Shown: one piece after another, positions 1 through 5,889 of the stretch
Position numbering within the stretch: the first letter of the stretch is position 1
Layout of the letters: the number at the start of each line of letters is the position of its first letter
Source of the DNA: Takakia lepidozioides
Lineage: Eukaryota; Plantae; Bryophyta
Assembly (NCBI GenBank): GCA_030704615.1
Contig: JAKLZA010000362.1
Location: 1 to 5,889, forward strand
DNA length: 5,889 nucleotides
Direction: 5' to 3'
Translations under genes and position numbers: made by a program
Notes under the pieces: generated by a model
Databases searched by the model: none
What the model was told of the DNA's origin: nothing
The model's input: the letters and a program-made list of their open reading frames with translations, nothing else

Positions 1-360
1 ATCAAAAATTCATTTGAACATCGAACGATGGGTTCACCCTTTCAATCAATTTGATTGACTTCATACTTGAGAGGAGCATGTGACAAGGTATGTCCAACAC
101 ACTCGCAAAGATTGAAAGCAATCAAAAATTCATTTGAACATCGAACGATGGTTCACCCTTTGAATCAATTTTGATTGACGTGATACTGACACGTACCTCT
201 GACAAGGTATGTCCAACACACTCGCAATGTTTGAAAGCAATCAAAAATCATTTGAACATCGAACGATGGGTTCACCCTTGAATCAATTTTGATTGACTGA
301 TACTTGACACGGACGTGACAAGGTATGTCAACACACTCGCAAGTTTGAAAGCAATCAAAA

Positions 361-390
361 TTTTTCCTTTGATTCACCCTGCAATCATCA
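361..390. other. About 30-nt insertion resembling a degraded partial monomer
   Basis: tttttcctttgattcaccctgcaatcatca contains the monomer-like pieces ttcaccct and caatca and lengthens this unit to about 150 nt. Confidence 0.55.
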
Positions 391-1066
391 ATTCATTTGA
401 ACATCGAACGATGGGTTCACCCTTTCAATCAATTTTGATTGACTTCATACTTGAGAGGAGCATGTGACAAGGTATGTCCAACACACTCGCAAAGATTGAA
501 AGCAATCAAAAATCATTTGAACATCGAACGATGGGTTCACCCTTTCAATCAATTTTGATTGACTGATACTTGAGAGGAGCATGTGACAAGGTATGTCCAA
601 CACACTCGCAATGTTTGAAAGCAATCAAAAATCATTTGAACATCGAACGATGGGTTCACCCTTTCAATCAATTTTGATTGACTTCATACTTGAGAGGAGC
701 ATGTGACAAGGTATGTCCAACACACTCGCAAAGATGAAAGCAATCAAAATTCATTTGAACATCGAACGATGGGTTCACCCTTGAATCCATTTGATTGACA
801 TGATACTCGACACGGACTCTGACAGGTATGTCCAACACACTCGCAATGTTTGAAAGCAATAAAAATCATTTGAACATCGAACGATGGGTTCACCCTTCAA
901 TCAATTTTGATTGACTTCATACTTGAGAGGAGCATGTGACAAGGTATGTCCAACACACTCGCAAAGATTGAAAGCAATCAAAAATTCATTTGAACATCGA
1001 ACGATGGGTTCACCCTTTGAATCAATTTCGATTGACGTGATACTCCACACGTACCTCTGACAAGGT

Positions 1067-1180
1067 ATGTCCAACACACTCGCAATGTTTGAAAGCAATC
1101 AAAAATCATTTGAACATCGAACGATGGGTTCACCCTTTCAATCAATTTTGATTGACTTCATACTTGAGAGGAGCATGTGA
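1067..1180 (+). CDS. Speculative repeat-encoded 37-aa small ORF MSNTLAMFESNQKSFEHRTMGSPFQSILIDFILERSM*
   Basis: ATG at 1067 to TGA at 1178-1180 covers 114 of the 120 nt in the unit. No recognisable homology, and the frame is broken in the common 121-bp units. Confidence 0.12.
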   Translation: MSNTLAMFESNQKSFEHRTMGSPFQSILIDFILERSM

Positions 1181-1260
1181 CAAGGTATGTCCAACACACT
1201 CGCAAAGATTGAAAGCAATCAAAAATCATTTGAACATCGAACGATGGGTTCACCCTTTGA
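1141..1260 (+). repeat. Representative type A monomer (cassette ttcatacttgagaggagcatg, tail cgcaaAgAttgaaag)
   Basis: Read directly. The same cassette appears in about 29 units, e.g. four in a row at ~3710-4190. Confidence 0.95.
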
Positions 1261-1300
1261 ATCAATTTTGATTGACGTGATACTCGACACGTACCTCTGA
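1187..1300 (+). CDS. Speculative repeat-encoded 37-aa small ORF MSNTLAKIESNQKSFEHRTMGSPFESILIDVILDTYL*
   Basis: In frame with 1067-1180 and separated from it only by CAA GGT. A Shine-Dalgarno-like GAGGAG (1168-1173) lies 13 nt upstream of the ATG, which is longer than typical spacing. Confidence 0.12.
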   Translation: MSNTLAKIESNQKSFEHRTMGSPFESILIDVILDTYL

Positions 1301-1380
1301 CAAGGTATGTCCAACACACTCGCAATGTTTGAAAGCAATCAAAATTCATTTGAACATCGAACGATGGGTTCACCCTTTCA
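1261..1380 (+). repeat. Representative type B monomer (cassette gtgatactcgacacgtacctc, tail cgcaaTgTttgaaag, preceded by tttGaatc)
   Basis: Read directly. B-like cassettes appear in about 15 units (e.g. near 180, 1037, 1517, 2113, 4251, 5206). Confidence 0.93.
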
Positions 1381-4300
1381 ATCATTTTGATTGACTTCAT
1401 ACTTGAGAGGAGCATGTGACAAGGTATGTCCAACACACTCGCAAAGATTGAAAGCAATCAAAAATTCATTTGAACATCGAACGATGGGTTCACCCTTTGA
1501 ATCAATTTGATTGACGTGATACTCCACACGTACCTCTGACAAGGTATGTCCAACACACTCGCAATGTTTGAAAGCAATCAAAAATCATTTGAACATCGAA
1601 CGATGGGTTCACCCTTTCAATCAATTTTGATTGACTTCATACTTGAGAGGAGCATGTGACAAGGTATGTCCAACACACTCGCAAAGATTGAAAGCAATCA
1701 AAATTCATTTGAACATCGAACGATGGGTTCACCCTTTGAATCAATTTTGATTGACCTCATACTCGACACGTACCTCTGACAAGGTATGTCCAACACACTC
1801 GCAAAGTTGAAAGCAATCAAAAATCATTTGAACATCGAACGATGGGTTCACCCTTTCAATCAATTTTGATTGACTTCATACTGAGAGGAGCATGTGACAA
1901 GGTATGTCCAACACACTCGCAAAGATTGAAAGCAATCAAAAATTCATTTGAACATCGAACGATGGGTTCACCCTTTCAATCAATTTTGATTGACTTCATA
2001 CTTGAGAGGAGCATGTGACAAGGTATGTCCAACACACTCGAAGATTGAAAGCAATCAAAATTCATTTGAACATCGAACGATGGGTTCACCCTTTGAATCA
2101 ATTTCGATTGACGTGATACTTGACACGTACCTCTGACAAGGTATGTCCAACACACTCGCAATGTTTGAAAGCAATCAAAAATCATTGAACATCGAACGAT
2201 GGGTTCACCCTTTCAATCAATTTTGATGACTTCATACTTGAGAGGAGCATCTGACAAGGTATGTCCAACACACTCGCAAGATTGAAAGCAATCAAAGATC
2301 ATTTGAACATCGAACGATGGGTTCACCCTTTCAATCAATTTTGATTGACTTCATACTTGAGAGGAGCATGTGACAAGGTATGTCCAACACACTCGCAAAG
2401 ATTGAAAGCAATCAAAAATTCATTGAACATCGAACGATGGGTTCACCCTTTGAATCAATTTTCGATTGACGTGATACTTGACACGACCTTGACAAGGTAT
2501 GTCCAACACACTCGCAATGTTTGAAAGCAATCAAAAATCATTTGAACATCGAACGATGGGTTCACCCTTTCAATCAATTTTGATTGACTTCATACTTGAG
2601 AGGAGCATGTGACAAGGTATGTCCAACACACTCGCAAAGATTGAAAGCAATCAAAAATCATTTGAACATCGAACGATGGGTTCACCCTTTCAATCAATTT
2701 GATTGACTTCATACTTGAGAGAGCATGTGACAAGGTATGTCCAACACACTCGCAAAGATTGAAAGCAATCAAAAATTCATTGAACATCGAACGATGGGTT
2801 CACCTTTCAATCAATTTCGATTGACTCATACTTGACAGGAGCCTGTGACAAGGTATGTCCAACACACTCGCAATGTTTGAAAGCAATCAAAAATCATTTG
2901 AACATCGAACGATGGGTTCACCCTTTGAATCAATTTCGATTGACCATACTGACACGTACCTCTGACAAGGTATGTCCAACACACTCGCAATGTTTGAAAG
3001 CAATCAAAGATCATTTGAACATCGAACGATGGGTTCACCCTTTCAATCAATTTTGATTGACTTCATACTTGAGAGGAGCATGTGACAAGGTATGTCCAAC
3101 ACACTCGCAAAGATTGAAAGCAATCAAAAATTCATTTGAACATCGAACGATGGGTTCACCCTTTCAATCAATTTTGATTGACCTCATACTTGAGACGTGC
3201 CTGTGACAAGGTATGTCCAACACACTCGCAATGTTTGAAAGCAATCAAAAATCATTTGAACATCGAACGATGGGTTCACCCTTTCAATCAATTTTGATTG
3301 ACTTCATACTTGAGAGGAGCATGTGACAAGGTATGTCCAACACACTCGCAAAGATTGAAAGCAATCAAAAATTCATTTGAACATCGAACGATGGGTTCAC
3401 CCTTTGAATCAATTTCGATTGACTTATACTCGACACGTACCTCTGACAAGGTATGTCCAAACACACTCGCAATGTTGAAAGCAATCAAAAATTCATTTGA
3501 ACATCGAACGATGGGTTCCCTTTCAATCAATTTGATTGACTTCATACTTGAGAGGAGCATGTGACAAGGTATGTCCAACACACTCGCAAAGCAATTGAAA
3601 GCATTGAACATCGAACGATGGGTTCACCCTTTGAATCAATTTGATTGACGTCATACTCGACACGACCTCTGACAAGGTATGTCCAACACACTCGCAATGT
3701 TTGAAAGCAATCAAAAATTCATTTGAACATCGAACGATGGGTTCACCCTTTCAATCAATTTTGATTGACTTCATACTTGAGAGGAGCATGTGACAAGGTA
3801 TGTCCAACACACTCGCAAAGATTGAAAGCAATCAAAAATTCATTTGAACATCGAACGATGGGTTCACCCTTTCAATCAATTTTGATTGACTTCATACTTG
3901 AGAGGAGCATGTGACAAGGTATGTCCAACACACTCGCAAAGTTGAAAGCAATCAAAAATTCATTTGAACATCGAACGATGGGTTCACCCTTTCAATCAAT
4001 TTGATTGACTTCATACTTGAGAGGAGCATGTGACAAGGTATGTCCAACACACTCGCAAAGATTGAAAGCAATCAAAAATTCATTTGAACATCGAACGATG
4101 GGTTCACCCTTTCAATCAATTTTGATTGACTTCATACTTGAGAGGAGATGTGACAAGGTATGTCCAACACACTCGCAAAGATTGAAAGCAATCAAAAATT
4201 CATTTGAACATCGAACGATGGGTTCACCCTTTGAATCAATTTTGATTGACGTGATACTCGACACGTACCTCTGACAAGGTATGTCCAACACACTCGCAAT

Positions 4301-5574
4301 GTTTGAAAGCAATCAAAATCATTGAACATCGAACGATGGGTTCACCCTTTCAATCAATTTTGATTGACTTCATACTTGAGAGGAGCATGTGACAAGGTAT
4401 GTCCAACACACTCGCAAAGATTGAAAGCAATCAAAAATTCATTTGAACATCGAACGATGGGTTCACCTTTGAATCAATTTGATTGACTTCATACTGACAG
4501 GAGCATGTGACAAGGTATGTCCAACACACTCGCAAAGATTGAAAGCAATCAAAAATTCATTTGAACATCGAACGATGGGTTCACCCTTGAAATCAATTTC
4601 GATTGATTGATACTTGAGACGTACATGTGACAAGGTATGTCCAACACACTCGCAAGTTTGAAAGCAATCAAAAATCATTTGAACATCGAACGATGGGTTC
4701 ACCCTTTGAATCAATTTCGATTGACCTGATACTCCACACGTACCTCTGACAAGGTATGTCCCACACTCGCAATGTTTGAAGCAATCAAAAATCATTTGAA
4801 CATCGAACGATGGGTTCACCCTTTCAATCAATTTGATTGACTTCATACTTGAGAGGAGCATGTGACAAGGTATGTCCAACACACTCGCAATGTTTGAAAG
4901 CAATCAAAAATCATTTGAACATCGAACGATGGGTTCACCCTTTCAATCATTTTGATTGACTACATACTGAGAGGAGCATGTGACAAGGTATGTCCAACAC
5001 ACTCGCAAGGTGAAAGAAATCAATCAAACATCTTTTTCTTTGTTTTTCGAACGATGGGTTCACCCTTTCAATCAATTTTGATTGACTTCATATTGAGAGG
5101 AGCATGTGACAAGGTATGTCCAACACACTCGCAAAGATTGAAAGCAATCAAAAATTCATTTGAACATCGAACGATGGGTTCACCTTTGAATCAATTTCGA
5201 TTGACGTGATACTCGACACGTACCTCTGACAAGGTATGTCCAACACACTCGCAATGTTTGAAAGCAATCAAAATCATTTGAACATCGAACGATGGTTCAC
5301 CCTTTCAATCAATTTTGATTGACTTCATACTGAGAGGAGCATGTGACAAGTATGTCCAACACACTCGCAAAGATTGAAAGCAATCAAAAATTCATTTGAA
5401 CATCGAACGATGGGTTCACCCTTGAATCAATTTTGATTGACCTGATACTCCACACGTACCTCTGACAAGGTATGTCCAACACACTCGCAATGTTTGAAAG
5501 CAATCAAAAATCATTGACATCGAACGATGGGTTCACCCTTTCAATCAATTTTGATTGACTTCATATTGAGAGGA

Positions 5575-5601
5575 TGTGGGGAAAAAGGGCCGCGGGGGGA
5601 T
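5575..5601. other. G-rich non-repeat insertion (~27 nt) inside an A-type cassette
   Basis: tgtggggaaaaagggccgcggggggat interrupts gagagga|gcatgtgac. It is the only GC-rich stretch in the window. Confidence 0.6.
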
Positions 5602-5889
5602 CATTGTGACAAGGTCATGTCCAACACACTCGCAAAGATTGAAAGCAATCAAAAATTTTTGAACATCGAACGATGGGTTCACCTTTCAATCAATTTTGAT
5701 TGACTTCATACTTGAGAGGAATGTGACAAGGTATGTCCAACAACACTCGCAAAGATTGAAAGCAATCAAAAATCATTTGAACATCGAACGATGGGTTCAC
5801 CCTTTGAATCAATTTCGATTGACTTCATACTGACAGGAGCATCTGACAAGGTAGTCCAACACACTCGCAATGATGAAAGCAATGATCGA

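Larger units (their letters stand above)
1..5889. repeat. Tandem (satellite-like) array of about 49 x 120-121 bp monomers with two variant types (A/B), probably extending beyond both window ends
   Basis: The blocks catttgaacatcgaacgatgggttcacccttt and tgacaaggtatgtccaacacactcgcaa recur every ~120 nt across the window (e.g. 1-120 vs 121-239; 1141-1260 vs 1261-1380). All copies are in the same orientation. Confidence 0.98.

Noticed and set aside
20-40. tRNA or tRNA-derived SINE (GGTTC and minus-strand GTTCGAT resemble a T-loop/B-box)
   Set aside because: No cloverleaf, A-box or properly spaced T-stem.
1-120. Tandem 5S rRNA genes (120-nt size, CGAAC and CGATGG motifs)
   Set aside because: The motif spacing is wrong, there is no terminal helix I, GC is low, and there is no spacer between units.
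1-120. Satellite-encoded hammerhead ribozyme
   Set aside because: No CUGANGA core was found on either strand of either consensus monomer, although GAAA is present.
1151-1180. Sigma70 promoter (TTGACT) and RBS GAGGAG followed by ATG-TGA
   Set aside because: No -10 hexamer lies 16-18 nt downstream of TTGACT. The nearest ATG is only 1 nt from GAGGAG and is followed immediately by a stop, and the motif is absent in type B.
1181-1380. Minus-strand stop-free 40-aa frame through type B units (RVNPSFDVQMIFDCFQTLRVCWTYLVRGTCRVSRQSKLIQ)
   Set aside because: The frame is closed by TGA in every A unit, the A/B changes in this frame are non-conservative, and clean B units are never adjacent.
165-5209. 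The 63-146 aa ORFs in the supplied track
   Set aside because: All are translations of the repeat that jump between frames at sporadic indels. They are long only because TAA/TAG are absent, and none has a recognisable domain.
1-5889. Canonical CRISPR array (ATTGAAAG / CTTTCAAT resemble type I/III repeat ends)
   Set aside because: There are no unique spacers, the constant part is ~100 nt rather than ~23-50 nt, the variable part has only two homologous states, and no cas genes or leader are visible.
1-5889. Direct identification as a DRT2/Neo concatemer or TIGR array
   Set aside because: Type A has a stop in every frame under the standard code, two interleaved unit types are present, and no RT or Tas gene is in view. 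The unit is far longer than the ~36-nt TIGR unit and lacks clear box C/D pairs. Kept only as an analogy.

Overview
The whole 5889-bp window is one uninterrupted head-to-tail tandem array of about 49 copies of a 120-121 bp monomer (about 38% GC). It has no unique flanking DNA and no recognisable gene, RNA gene or mobile-element protein, so the host and genomic context cannot be determined. The monomer comes in two types, A and B, about 89% identical. My manual tally is about 26 A, 3 near-A, 15 B-like and 5 mosaic, arranged in AB, AAB and AAAA blocks. Nine of about 13 A/B substitutions fall in one 21-nt cassette inside an almost invariant, palindrome-rich scaffold, and two pairs of them co-vary to preserve a short stem. 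The monomer has almost no TpA and no TAA/TAG in any frame. In one + frame each 120-bp unit reads as a 37-aa ORF followed by TGA-CAA-GGT and the next ATG. The default reading is satellite/VNTR DNA from an error-prone long read or a collapsed consensus. The alternatives worth testing are a structured-RNA (scaffold plus variable segment) array and a repeated peptide or TGA-recoded ORF.
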